From Lama guanicoe (lineage: Eukaryota): a stretch of DNA of 64,000 nucleotides. The stretch covers positions 7,591,007 to 7,655,006 of the forward strand of contig MU056134.1 of NCBI GenBank assembly GCA_013239625.1. The letters run 5' to 3'. The position numbers were made by a program, and so were the translations under genes. Position 1 is the stretch's first letter. Each line of letters opens with the position of its first letter. This document shows, in pieces, positions 1 to 11,865 of the stretch. Below the pieces are notes generated by a model. It had not been told where the DNA came from and did no database searches. It worked only from the letters and a program-made list of their open reading frames with translations.

Positions 1-1199
1 CAATGGCTTGCTGTGGATCAATCAAAAGACAAGATGGATTTGTAGGAGATAATATGAAAATGTGTCTAAGGTACTTTGAGTAGAAAGTGCAGAATGAGCC
101 CAGGGTGTAAAGAAAATGGGATGTGTGCTGGACAGAGACATGGGAAGCTGCTCCTAGGAAGAGGGTGGGGGTCTTATCACGCTCTTATGCAATCTTTTAT
201 ACTGTTTGCATCTTTTAGCCATATGCCTGTGCTACTCTCACGATAATAAAAAAATAAACTGACTTGAAAAGACTTTTACTGTAAGAGAAAAACTATCACC
301 CCGTCCCTCTTAGGACATCCCTGTGGTTTTAGAATACGCAAGGAAGCCACTCCGAGTCCCCCACGGGTTTGCCGAGTAGGCCACCTTCAGCCTCTGCGTG
401 GCCTCCTTTCCAGAAATCTTCCCCGGCAGAGATGGGGACTGTCAGGCCTCTGGGCTGAAGCCAGCCCCCAGATACGCCTCCTGTCCTCACAGACTGCTGT
501 AAAAACAGTGAAAAAGACTTCACATAAGAAAATTCTGATTCATGGCCTCTCTGGAAACATTTGGCAAAACCAGGGCTGTATTTGTGAGCCCAGCGCTGGG
601 CAGCAGCCAGGTGCAGGCTGCCCCTTGAGCAGGTGAGCACGCTGTGTTGGCTGGACCTTCTCATTCACAAAGCCCACTTGGTTCCTAAAACCAGTTGCGG
701 GGGCGGTGTTCACAAAGCCCTGCTCTGATGTCTCACGGGTGAGGCCCCGCCCCCTGAGGCAAGTGGGATTTAAGCATCTCTGCATTTCAGCCTCTCAGTC
801 CAATAATTCCACTAGAGTCTGTCCAAGCGGGTCTGAAGAAGCGTCACAGCAACATGAGGGTGATTATCTCCCTTATAAACGTGAAATGGATGTAGCTCAG
901 AGAGGTGAGGTGACTTGTCCAAGGTCACATGGCAAGTTATTCTCAGGCGCAGGGACAAGAGCCCAGAGCGCCACGCTCCCGCGCTACTGCGCATTATGTT
1001 GCCTCCCACAGACCGGATGCTGGCTGAGTGTGAAGGGCTGGATCTCCATGGGCATCATCTCCTGGGTGAGATAAGAGAGCTGGCCTGTGTGTGGGTGGCA
1101 CCAGGGTCCTTACCTTCCAGAGGAAGCAGGTGTAACAGTGACAGCCACAACCTTCATTCATAGCTCCCTGACCCTGAGGGGCGTTCAGGGCGGAGGGTA

Positions 1200-1462
1200 A
1201 GACCCAGCTCTGAACCATGGCTCAGTATTTATTATCTGGGTGACCTTGGGCAAGTTATTTGTCCCTCTGTCCCTCCGTTTCCTCACTTGCTAAGTGGAGA
1301 TTATAATAACAGCGTCGCCCTCAGAGGACTGTTTTGAGGATTAACTAAATTAACAGGTGCAGAGTGTCATATGCCCAATTTCCCAAACGTCAGTTCTTCT
1401 GGGAAGAAATTAGGCACAGAGCACTTAAACCACGTCTGGCACATGGTACGTGCTCAGTAAAC
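1200..1462 (+). mobile_element. MIR SINE interrupted by a 57-nt insert (1365-1421)
   Basis: MIR core gtgaccttgggcaagtta...tttcctcac...tgaggatta; it resumes at cacttaaaccacgtctggcacatggtacgtgctcagtaaa. Confidence 0.8.
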
Positions 1463-1554
1463 ACAGGTGGCCAGGATGACTGGGTGGTAGGAACTGGGCT
1501 AAGTGTTTTGCCTGCTTTATGTCGGTCAGTCCTCTCAACTGGGATCAGGTAAGA

Positions 1555-2085
1555 GCCATTTGTTCATTCATTTAGTCATTCATACCATTCATTCATCCCC
1601 TAGTTATTTCTTGAATGTCTAGTTATGCTGGGTCCTTGGTGCTGGGGATGCAGCATTAAAGACACAGAAACTTTACATTCTTTCTGCCTTCTGTGCTTGC
1701 ATTTTAAGGGGTAGGGGGACAGAGACCATCAATCCATCAGTCAGTCAATCATCAGAGTGATCCATGCTATGAAGGAAATAAGAGTAAAGGATAGAGAATA
1801 AGGCTCGGGGCGGGGGCTGAGCGAGAAGTTAGGGGTAGGATGGTGAGGGCAGGCTGCTTCCGTGCATTTGCGCAGAGACCTGAGCAAAGTCGGAGAGGGA
1901 TCAGCAGATGGACACAGGAGGAGCCTTCTCGGCAGAATGGAAGGCAAGTGCCAGGGCCCCGAGGTAGGAACAAAAGGTCGGATTCGTGGAATGTTCCAGC
2001 AGCCCAAAGGAGGTCTTAGCGGCTGGCGCCAGTGGGTTGAGGGGAGAGACGCCGCACACAGGGCAGGGAGGGAGGCAAGGGTCAA
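1555..2085 (-). mobile_element. L2 (LINE-2) 3' fragment
   Basis: (cattcatt)n tail followed by gtgctggggatgcagca and further L2-like blocks. Confidence 0.65.
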
Positions 2086-2099
2086 GCCTCGTACTCTGT

Positions 2100-2232
2100 T
2101 CTCTATTTTGCAGAAGAAACTAAAGCGCAGAGAAGTTGAATCACTTTCCCAAGGTGATCAAGCTGGTAAGTAGCAGAACCGGGGGCTGGAACCCAAGGCA
2201 GTCTGGCTTCCAGGTAGACCTTCTTAACCATC
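2100..2232 (-). mobile_element. MIR SINE
   Basis: attttgcagaagaaactaaagcgcagagaagttgaatcactttcccaaggt..agctggtaagtagcagaacc. Confidence 0.7.
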
Positions 2233-2352
2233 AGTATATACGGCCTCAAGTATGAACAGCCAGCAACACGGTGGAAGTCTGGACGCATCCAGCCCTGCTT
2301 GCCCTGCTCCAAACTGTCTTCTGGGAAATTAGGCACAGAGTACGGGATGGTG

Positions 2353-2389
2353 GAGAGAGACAGAGAGAGAGAGAGAGTGTGTGTGTGTG
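2353..2389. repeat. Compound (GA)n(GT)n microsatellite
   Basis: Read directly. Confidence 0.9.
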
Positions 2390-3178
2390 CACGTAGGGAG
2401 GGGCCGCAGAGCAGAAGAGAAGGGACTCCCTTTCTCTCCGGGCACACTCATATTCCCCTCGGCAGCTTCGGTAGGCCACTCGGGGTGATGGTGAGGGCTC
2501 AAGGTTTCACATAAAATGTGGCATTTTCCCCAAACCTGTCAGTTCTTGGGGCATCTCGAAGCTGACAGTTTTAAAACACCAAAGGCACTTAAATAAAAAT
2601 AGCACATTTCTAAATGCAGTATCTTCCCTGGCAATGATGTATGAGGCCGCCGTGGCTGGTGGCGTTATCTTCTACGGCGATATATTGCGCTGTTGCCATT
2701 CACGCCATCAGTCTGCAAAACCAGGGTTATAAAACCCTGCAATTTATGGCAGAATCTTGCAAATCTATGTGTTATATATGTGTAGATATCATTGCCTGGC
2801 ATTCCATATGCAGTAACCGCTTGGTCCAGAAGTCAGGCCCAGAGCACCTCTCCCCCAACCCTTTCTGCAAATGCCGGGCTCCCTAGACAAGATAAGTGTG
2901 CACACATCACTGCCAGACACTCCCCCACCCCGCAGACTAAGCAGTAAATTAAGCAATGGGCTGTGCCTTGGTGGAAGAGAAAAACACAGATATGGAAACA
3001 GCAAGATTTGGTGAGGGGGAGCGGAAACAGGGATTGACAGTCCAGAGACCCAGATCTGAGTCTGGGCTTGCGCTTTTATTTTAGGGTCCTCCTGGGCCAC
3101 CTGATCACATGGCCGGTCCTAGATGTCATGCACTGAGAGGGAGACAGGGATGGACGTAAGATGCAATCCTCCAATGGG

Positions 3179-3342
3179 GCAGCGTTTCTCAACCCTCAAT
3201 GTGCTTTCAATTCATCTAGGTCCTGCTAGACCACACATGTCTGGCTCCACCCCTGGGGGCCTCTGATTTGGGTGTAAGGCCTGAGAATTTGCATTTTGAA
3301 CAGGCTCTAACAGGTGATGCTGACACCGCGGTCCTGGGACTC
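3179..3342. mobile_element. MER5A-like hAT-Charlie MITE
   Basis: cagcgtttctcaacc...ggcctgagaatttgcatttt...caggtgatgctga motifs. Confidence 0.7.
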
Positions 3343-5439
3343 TGGGTCATTCTGTTCCACCTGTTCCAGATGACAGTGGGGGCCTCCGTATAAAAAAAAC
3401 GCAGAGAGAGAAGTAATCTGCCATATAATCATCAACTTCTCTCAGCAGAACAGGGCAGGTATGCAGGTAGAACCTGGTTTCCTAGACCCTGAGCTCAGTG
3501 CTCTTTCACTGGGCTTCACTGCCTGTCTCTTGGCTTCGTCCTCGAACATGCTCCAACCACAGGAGCAACAGCAGTTAGGGGGAGGCCACGAGGATGGCTA
3601 CCAGACACATGCAGCTTGCGGCAGAAACTGCCGGGCACATTAACTCTGTGGGAGCGGGTTGGAGCCATCGGCCGAGGCCACTCAGAGCTTCCCAGGGCTC
3701 CCCTGAAGGTCAGACGGAACCATCTAATGGCTTCTTGAAGGGAAAATGACGGTCTGAAAGTTTTTTCCTGCTGAAACTCATCACCTCCAACAGCCACACG
3801 ATAGATGGTTGCCGTCAGGGGGCCGGGGAATACGGGTCTGTGCTGCCCTGCAAGGCAGAATGCTTTTTCACGAGAGGTGGTAAATGACTTACGGGATCAA
3901 GGTAGCAGGTGCCGAAGCCATGCCGGGCTGAGCCCTGCAGGCAGACGCTTAGCTGCCCACCTCTCCCCATCCCAGCGCCGGGCCCCCGCCTGCTTCCTCA
4001 GGGAGAGCTCCGTCCCTCCCCAGGGGTGACCTTCTCACCACCACCCCTCACTGGCTCCCTGCACAGTGCAGATCTTGGCCCTTGGGCTTCTGCTGTAAAT
4101 GGTCTTGGGCCGACCACGCATTGGCCTCCCACTGCCACGCAGCATGATCGCAAAGATGCTTTGTGGCCACTAGATTGCTCTTCCTTGGGAACCGCCTCTT
4201 CAGAACCCTTTTAAAGCCCCTCCGACAAACATTGTGATTTCATTCCTGATTGCCCTGATCTGACTGCAGACCCTCACACTCCTGATTTGACTGCAGACTT
4301 AGAAATAAATATCCAAGCACGCCCTAGTCAGAGGACCATTTTTATCCCAGAGAAAATCCATTTGTGACCCCAAGAGTATCCTGGTCCTCCAACACTCGTT
4401 TCAGAAACTTGGTTTGCAGCCTTGCGAGTTCTTCCCCACTTATTTCCTCGCCTGGTTATCAGGACCACCACCTACCATCTCCAGCAAGACAGGACACTAA
4501 AGAATGAATACTGCCTCCCACCTTCCCCTCATCTTCTGCATCACAGCATCATCCGATCTCACCCTCCTGTCATTAATTTATTCAGCGACTGCTCTCTGAG
4601 CTGCTACTATATGCCCGGGGCTGAGTCCTTGTCTTAATGGGATTTCCAGGGTAATGTGGGAAATAGCAAGGAAGTAGGGGACTGGATTTTGTCATGAATC
4701 CCTCGGTGACCTGGAAAAAGTCAGTTAGCTTTTGCTGAGTGAGTACTGGTCCCTGCCTGGGAGAGGGTGGGGGGAGCTCATGCAAAAGTAGGCGAGAGAG
4801 TCAGGCAGATCATTGCAATAATATTAATAACAGCCCAGATGCTCCTTGCACTGACCACGTCCAAGCACTTTATGTTTGTCAGCTCATTTAATCCTCACAT
4901 AAACACTATTATTAGTTTAGCCACATTTCACCCAGAGACGTGACTGGTAAGCATCAGGGCCAGGGCTGGATATCAGGAAGTCAGCCTCCAGAGTTCAACA
5001 CTGGAATCACAGTCAGGAGTGTGATGATGGCGAATGCGGGGCTGGTGGCGGCTTCCATTTCCAGGAAATGTCTCCCATCCCAGAGGAAGCCTGACCCTTC
5101 TCTGCATCCGTGCAAGATAGTGATGGCCTCTCCCTGCCACTGAAGTGTGACCACTGGGGGCCCCTCCTGGAGACAGGAGTAATGAAGGGGAGCTGGTGTG
5201 TGACCGGGTTGTCAGGCTGGGGACTGAACAGTCTGTGCTGGAAGCTAGCCTGCGAGTCCATGTGGGCTCTGCTGAGCCGAGGAAACATCTGGTCCTCCCA
5301 GTGCCTGCTGAGAAAGACCCCGGGACGGAGTGCCCAGCCTGGGAGCAGGACTGCTGAAACCCTCCTGCCTGCTTCAAAATGCACTGACCCCTCTGTATCC
5401 CCAATGGTCTCTTTTCTTTTCTTTTTCTTATATTTTCGA

Positions 5440-5535
5440 GAATAGAAGGAGGGAGAGAAAGGGGAAGCAAGAAAGGGAGGGAAGATGAAAGAAGGAAAGA
5501 GGGAAAGAAGGGAGGGAGGGAGGGAGGAAGGACGG
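5440..5535. repeat. Polypurine (GGAA/GGGA)n tract
   Basis: Almost pure A/G for about 95 nt. Confidence 0.85.
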
Positions 5536-6974
5536 AGACAGAAAGTCCGTCGCTGCTCAAATGCCTCATAGCGGGAATTTCTCAGCCTGTCATTCAAGCC
5601 TCCAAACCCCACCCCCCATATTCAGAACATCAACCACTTTCCAAACCTCCCCATCACAATCTCCCAAAGGATCATTCATTTATTTAAAATTAATCTATGT
5701 GCTTAATTCGGGGCCAATCTGCTAGACTCTGGTTAAACACCGTGAGTACAATAGGGGGTCCCCGTCTGCTGATAGACATTAAACAAATATTCCATGCTGT
5801 GCGGAGTGCTATGGGGAAAAGAATAAGGTACCATGAGAGGGAAACACAGGGTCAGAATGGGAGCAGAAAGCCTTTTTGATGTGCAAGGGAGGAGTCTGGA
5901 GAGAGAGTTCAAGGCTGCGGTGGGATGAGGGACAGACCAGCCAGGCAGATGGGGCCAGAGGCCAAGGCAAAAAGGGTCCAGAGGCTCTGGACATCCCCCA
6001 CCCCACTGTCCCGCTGAGCCGGGAAAGTAATGCGTGTCTGGAGGGACCACTGTCTCGCTCACACACCCCGTGTGGGTCCAGGCTGTGAGTCCAGAGGCCA
6101 GTCTGTAAGCTGCAATTGTCGGCTCTTTGTGCTGTGGTTAGTAAACCTTTCCTCCAAAGAAGATCTCGGGTGTAAATCCATCATGCGAAATGGACAAGAG
6201 CAGAGAAGCTCTGGTGGGACCCGGGCCCACACAGGCTGGAGCCAAGCCGGTGCTCCCGCCAGGAACTTCCGGAGAACCCGGTTTGACGCCCTCTGGCCTA
6301 GGCGTTCTCTCTGGTCCCGTGAACACCACGCTTAGAAGCGAACATGCCTGTCCCCCAGCCTGGATGCCCCGGGCTGCACAGAGCACAGTATTTGGGCAAG
6401 AGGGGCTGCCTGCAGGAAAACTTGCCTCATTTTGCCTCCAAGAGGAGTTCATACAGGGCATTGCAGGGTTCCTCCCCACGCTCATCCTCGTCATGGGACA
6501 AAAGAAAGGGGGTGCTGTGGACAGAGGGTGAGGGCTGGTGAGTCTCAAGTGACATCAGCTGAGTAGCAACAGGTCCCCTGAGTTGCAAGGCAGGGAGCCT
6601 GGGGAAAGGTCGAGAGGTGGTGCATGGGGGAGGGGCAAGTGCCCGTGGCTAGCATCCTGCTCTGCCTCCCACCCGCTGTGTGACCTTGGGCAAGTGACTG
6701 AATCACTCTGGGCCTCTCTTTCTGCCTCTCTCAAAGCCACAGTGTTCTTGTGATGATTGAATGAGATCATGCGAGTGGAATAAATCGATAAGAGGCACGA
6801 GGCATGAGCCAGGCATTTGTAAAACACTTCATAAGCGATCGTGTCACCACTGCGAAGAGATGGGACGAGTACCCAGAATGGTGCCTGGCACACCATGGGC
6901 ATATCAATGGGGACCTCTTCCCTGGGCCCAGAGACAAATGCCAGGCCACCGTGGCCTGCACTGTGTGCACAGCA

Positions 6975-7190
6975 GGGCTCTAAGTGCTTTGTGGGCATCA
7001 CCTCCCTTAACACTCACAGTAGCCCTGTTGAGCACGTATGATTATTCTCCGCATGTTACAGGTGGGGAAACTAAGGCACAGAGAAGGGGAAGTAACCTGC
7101 CCAAAGTCACACAGCTAGTCACAAGTAGAGGTGGGAATCAAACACAAGCTGCCTGACTCTGAACCTGAGCTTGGAACCGCTTGACCACCG
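6975..7190 (-). mobile_element. MIR SINE
   Basis: ttacaggtggggaaactaaggcacagaga...aagtaacctgcccaaagtcacacagctagt. Confidence 0.75.
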
Positions 7191-8269
7191 TGCCACCGCC
7201 TCCCTTCCTGACCGCCCGCACCTCTCACAATGCAGCTGTGCAGGAAAAGCTATTCCTCCCTTCTCCCCCGACTCCTGACGGGGCGGCCATTTTCCGGAAT
7301 AGCACCAGATGAGGGGTCAAGAGATCAGCGTTGTGGTCCCCGTGTTTCCACCAGAAAGCTCTTGGGGGGGTGGGCTAACCCAGCCCCCTTCTCCAGGCTT
7401 CAGCTTCCCCAATATGACGTTATCGGCAGGGGTGAGGGCATTCGTGGTGCGGAGCTGGATCATGTTGGCTTTAGGGTTTGAGTCTAGGATCTGAAGAGTT
7501 GTGGGAAGAGTAGCAGGTGGGGAAAAATGAGAGCCAAGGCAGGATCCCCTGGGAGCAAAAAACCTTTGCAGCCTGGTTGGGTATGAACTCTGCCAGGTCC
7601 TGGCACCAGCCCAGCCAAGAATGGTTCTGAAACGTTCCGACTCATCCAATGCTCTGAACACCTGGCCGTGGTCACCTTCACTGGGGGAGAGTAAAGGAGG
7701 TAAGAGCCGTCTGCTGGGGACCTTCACTGGGTCACGGGATCCAGTCCCACACACAGACACCTGTTGCTCCCCAGAGGGGCCATTTTCTTTCGGGGTGCCT
7801 TTCTTTCAGAGTCTAGGCTGTTTTCATTGCCTGGTATGTTCTTTTCCAACTGCTTCATCTGCCTGGCCAATCCTTTTCCCTCATCCCTCGAGATTCAGCA
7901 TGGGGCCACCTCTTCTAGAAAGTCTTCCTGGATTAAGTGCCTTGACTCTAGTTCCCACAGTCCTGGGCTCACTGCTACCCGGGGAGGTAGTGTACCAGGC
8001 GGCCATGGCCTGTTCATGCCTTTATCTATCTCCCGCCTGGCCGTGAGCCCCTGGGGGAAGGTGCGCTCCCTCACCGCTGTCTTTCTCAGCATCCGCATGG
8101 AGGGAGGCACGGAGGAGGAGCACAGAAATGGGAGGACAAAGATACGGTTCATGCTTTCTGATATGAGATCTGTGTTCAACGCCTGTCCTTCCCCTTCTCC
8201 ACTTCATCACGAGCTTCCCACCGTGCAGAGGCTGAAATCCAGCGTCCCCACCTGAGACGCCCGAGAAAC

Positions 8270-8643
8270 TCACCTGGCCCCACTGTCCCCTCCCCTCCTG
8301 CCCTGCGGCCGCAATGGTCTCTCACCCAGTCCTTCCCACCCAGAGCCTTTCCACTAACTTCTCTGCGGGAAATGCTCTCCCAGGGAACCTCACATGTTTG
8401 GTTAGACCTTAGGTACAATGTTGCTCTCCAGAGAGACCTGCCCTGGCCATGTGACAGCATGGTCCCGCGGTCACCCCTGTTTTCATGCCACACATAGCAC
8501 ATGTATGTTTTTATCCTCCCCGTCTCGAGCACAGACCCCGCAGCAGCAGGAGCCCGGTCTGTCCTTTTCTTTCCCGTATCCACAGCACGAACAATGCTTG
8601 ACTCAGAACAAGCCTTCAATAAATACTCATCTCATAAAAGAAT
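8270..8643 (+). mobile_element. L2 3' fragment
   Basis: Ends ...gtatccacagcacgaacaatgcttgactcagaacaagccttcaataaatact...gaatgaa. Confidence 0.6.
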
Positions 8644-9512
8644 GAAAACCAAGCTCCCCTTCCAGCACAAACTCCTTCTGATTAATGAAAACCAACAAAC
8701 TCTCAGGTCTCCATTTCGATTGAAAAGAAAGTCTGCCTTTGCTTGTAGTCCAAAGAAGCAAAAGAAACTAGTGATACTTTTTCTTTTTCTTTCTGTTTTT
8801 GGGTGGGGGGGGTGTTTCAGGGGCTGGGAGCTGCCCTCCCATCCCCTGAGCTGCAGCACCTGGAACCTGCCAGCCCATAGTCTCAGTTCGGATCCCGATT
8901 TGTCCCCCATCTGCACGCCCATGGCTGCCTCCTGAAACGTGCTTCTCCGACATCTGAAACCAAGCACTAAGTGGATGATCGCTATGATTAAACCGCCTTT
9001 TAATTATGCAAGTAGATGTCAGTGGCGCGCGCCATGGTGACATTATAATGGACTCCGACTCCCTCGCAAATGTCGAGAAAGGCAGGGGACCATTACCTTG
9101 TCAAAATCTTCGCTCCTTGTGACTTTATTTCCAGTACACTGACTAATTTTTTAAGTAATGAAAAACAGCAGAGTGAGGAGGGACGGTTGACAAGGGCATC
9201 CGCTTGGAGTGATTTTGGTGATGCAAGGATTCTGTTGATTCCATCTGGGCACCACACATCATCCACGGTTTAAAATTCATTGACTCTCCAAAGAAAGGAA
9301 GTCTTAGGGGTAATCAATCAACGTTTCCCGGCTGCTCACCAGGCAAAGGACCTCAAGGTGGGCAGGAGCTTGGGAGAGGATGGGCAGGAACAAGAAAAAG
9401 AACACCTTGGTGCAGTCCTGCCGGGGCTTCGTTTAGTTAATTAACCAGAGACTGAAGAGTTACTACGCCAATTATGGCTCCAGGCTAGAACCTTGTTAAC
9501 AAGGGGTGGGGG

Positions 9513-9544
9513 ACGTGCGCGCGCGCGCGCGCGCACACACACGT
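9513..9544. repeat. (GC)9/(AC)n alternating purine-pyrimidine tract
   Basis: ACGT(GC)9(AC)4GT, read directly. Confidence 0.95.
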
Positions 9545-10829
9545 CCCCCCACCCCAAGGCGATAAGGACTGCTGGTTTGGGTTAGATATAGTAACAGCTG
9601 CTTCCAGATGTAGACTCTTCTCCAACTAGTCGTGCAACTTCGGATAAGTCAGCTCTTGGCACCCGATTTGATTCAACTCTCAAAGGACATCTGGCTTGAC
9701 TCACTTCTAAGCTATGGCTGATAACATAGTGGACCATTCTGTGCCACACACCCTCACTGAAAATCGGTCAGCATGCATTCATTAGCGACTGACTCTGAGC
9801 CCAACACTGTGCTAGGACCGTGGGGAATATAAGGCAAGTCTGACAATGCGGGGAGCCACTCATGACCTGAGGACTGCCGAGCACAGAACGGGACAATAAA
9901 TCCCAAAGTGCTGGCGTCAGGCTCTGAGATTGATCTAACAAAGACAATCTCTGTCCCGCCACCCCTTTTCAGGAAAGAATGCACCAGGTGATCTAAAAGC
10001 CCTAGGAACATCCTGAGCCATTAAGCTACTGATGATCTTTGAACAGAGAGATACAATCAACATACAAGTTAGTGATCTTAGTTTATAGAAACAACAACCT
10101 TAGTTAGTGATCTTGGTATGTGGGAACATATACCCTAGTTTATGAGTATTATAAACAACATTGATCTATAGAACTATGCACAAGTTAGTGAGTTTAGTAC
10201 ACACTGTGTTTAAACCATAAAACAATACCTGTGCCTACGTGCAAGAATGCACAAGGTAGTCACTTGAATTTGTATAAATTAACTGCCTGAAATAAACTCG
10301 AGGTCCACTCTTGGCTTAGCGTCTTGCGGGCTAGAGTGAGACCCTCTCAACCCCACCTTCTAGTTTTGTCTTTCTTTTCTCAGTCCTGCGGCACAGGTTT
10401 CTGGACCTGATCGATTGTCGGCTGGCTCCAACATGACGAGGCTACTGCTTTCAGGAGACTTAGAGTGGGGCCCAGACCCTAAAGGGGAAGCAGCAAACAG
10501 GCTACAGTTAAGAATAATTCTGGTGCTTGCTGATGCCAAGTGCAATCGGAGCTCAGGGAGAGGAGCAATCAGTGTGGGCTTGGGGAGCTGCAAAGGCTTC
10601 TTGAAGTGGGTAGGAAGTGATGTGCTTTGCAGAGGGCAGGATGCCCCAGAGCGGAGGGGAGGCAGAGGGCAGGGCCGGAGTGGGGAGAGGGGAGGTGAGT
10701 AGAGGCAGGAAGGGGATGAGTGGCAGGGGCCAGTGAAGACACGTGTCACTGGTGCTGCCTCCAGGGACCAAGGACTCATCCGTGGTGGGACACGGAGCAC
10801 CCGGCAGCCGCTCTCTCTTCTCTGGGCCA

Positions 10830-11315
10830 CAGCACCTGACTTTCCTTTTGGGAAGTTACCATGCCTCCCTGTGCATGCTCTGAGAGCTTATCCATCAAGG
10901 GACGCATGACGCAAGCTACTTCAGCTGGATTTCTTGCTCCTGGACTTTGACTTGAATGCAGTTAGACCTGGGCATGAAAAATGCCTGGTGTTCATTCATT
11001 GTAGAGATGGGGCCCTGATCTGAAGGACCAGAAGGAACTCTGCCATTCCTTCCTGCTCTCTGCCTGGGTGTGTGCATGTGTGTGTGCATGCGTGTGTGCA
11101 TGCATGGTGTTCATGTGTGTTCCACCCCTCTAACTAGGTTCTGGCCAGGTACCATGTTTGGTATAGGAAAAGCTCATTCAGTGGTTGTTTAATTAAACAA
11201 AGCCCTTCCAGGCCTACTGATTCTGCGAGCTCTCTGATATTCTTCAAATATAATCCCTTTTGTTCATTTTGGCCAAGGGTAGCTTCTACTACTGACCAAT
11301 AAACCCTACCTAATA
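10830..11315 (+). mobile_element. Degenerate ERVL-type solo LTR (LTR33/LTR16-like)
   Basis: The 3' part (ctgcgagctctctgatattcttcaaat...ttttggccaagggtagcttctactactgaccaataaaccctacctaata) resembles the LTR33/16 3' end; highly diverged. Confidence 0.4.
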
Positions 11316-11390
11316 TCCATCCACCCACCCACCCATCCATCCATCCACCTATCTACTCATCCATCCATCCATTCATCCATCCATTCATTC
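11315..11390. repeat. Degenerate (TCCA)n tetranucleotide repeat
   Basis: Runs of atccatccacccacccacccatccatcc...cattcattc. Confidence 0.85.
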
Positions 11391-11659
11391 CCCAGCCTTT
11401 TATTGGAGTGTTGAGAACCAGGGGGAAATGAGTAAGGACAGACAAGTACAAAGTTAAAGAGAACTGAAAAAGCCAGGAGTTTAAAAATTAATCCTACAAC
11501 AATAAGTAATTTAGTGCAAAGTAATAAGCCATAGATGGTCCACTAGATAAAGATGCATCAGAACCAGCTGGGTCTGAATGAGGTTGGAGGGGGGTGTTCT
11601 TTGGAGGGTTTATTTTTAAGAGCGAAGTTTAAAGAAACCCAACTCCTATAGAGTATCTA

Positions 11660-11865
11660 GCACCATTTCAAGCATTTTTACACAAGTGATCTCCATTTCC
11701 CCAGCCACCCTACGAAGCAGGTGTCAGCAACCCCACTGTGGAAACTGAGGCTCAGAAGGTTTGAGCAGCTTGACCGAGGCCATAGCTATTAAATGGCAGA
11801 ACCAAGATTCAATCTCAGGTCTTAACTACCTCCAAAACCCCTGCTCTTTCCATGACGCCACACTG
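11660..11865 (-). mobile_element. MIR SINE
   Basis: ggaaactgaggctcagaaggtttgagcagcttgaccgaggccatagcta...aatggcagaaccaagattcaa. Confidence 0.7.

Noticed and set aside
6655-7190. Inverted MIR pair as a dsRNA/ADAR substrate
   Set aside because: The copies look too diverged for extended pairing, and such pairs are common in MIR-rich DNA.
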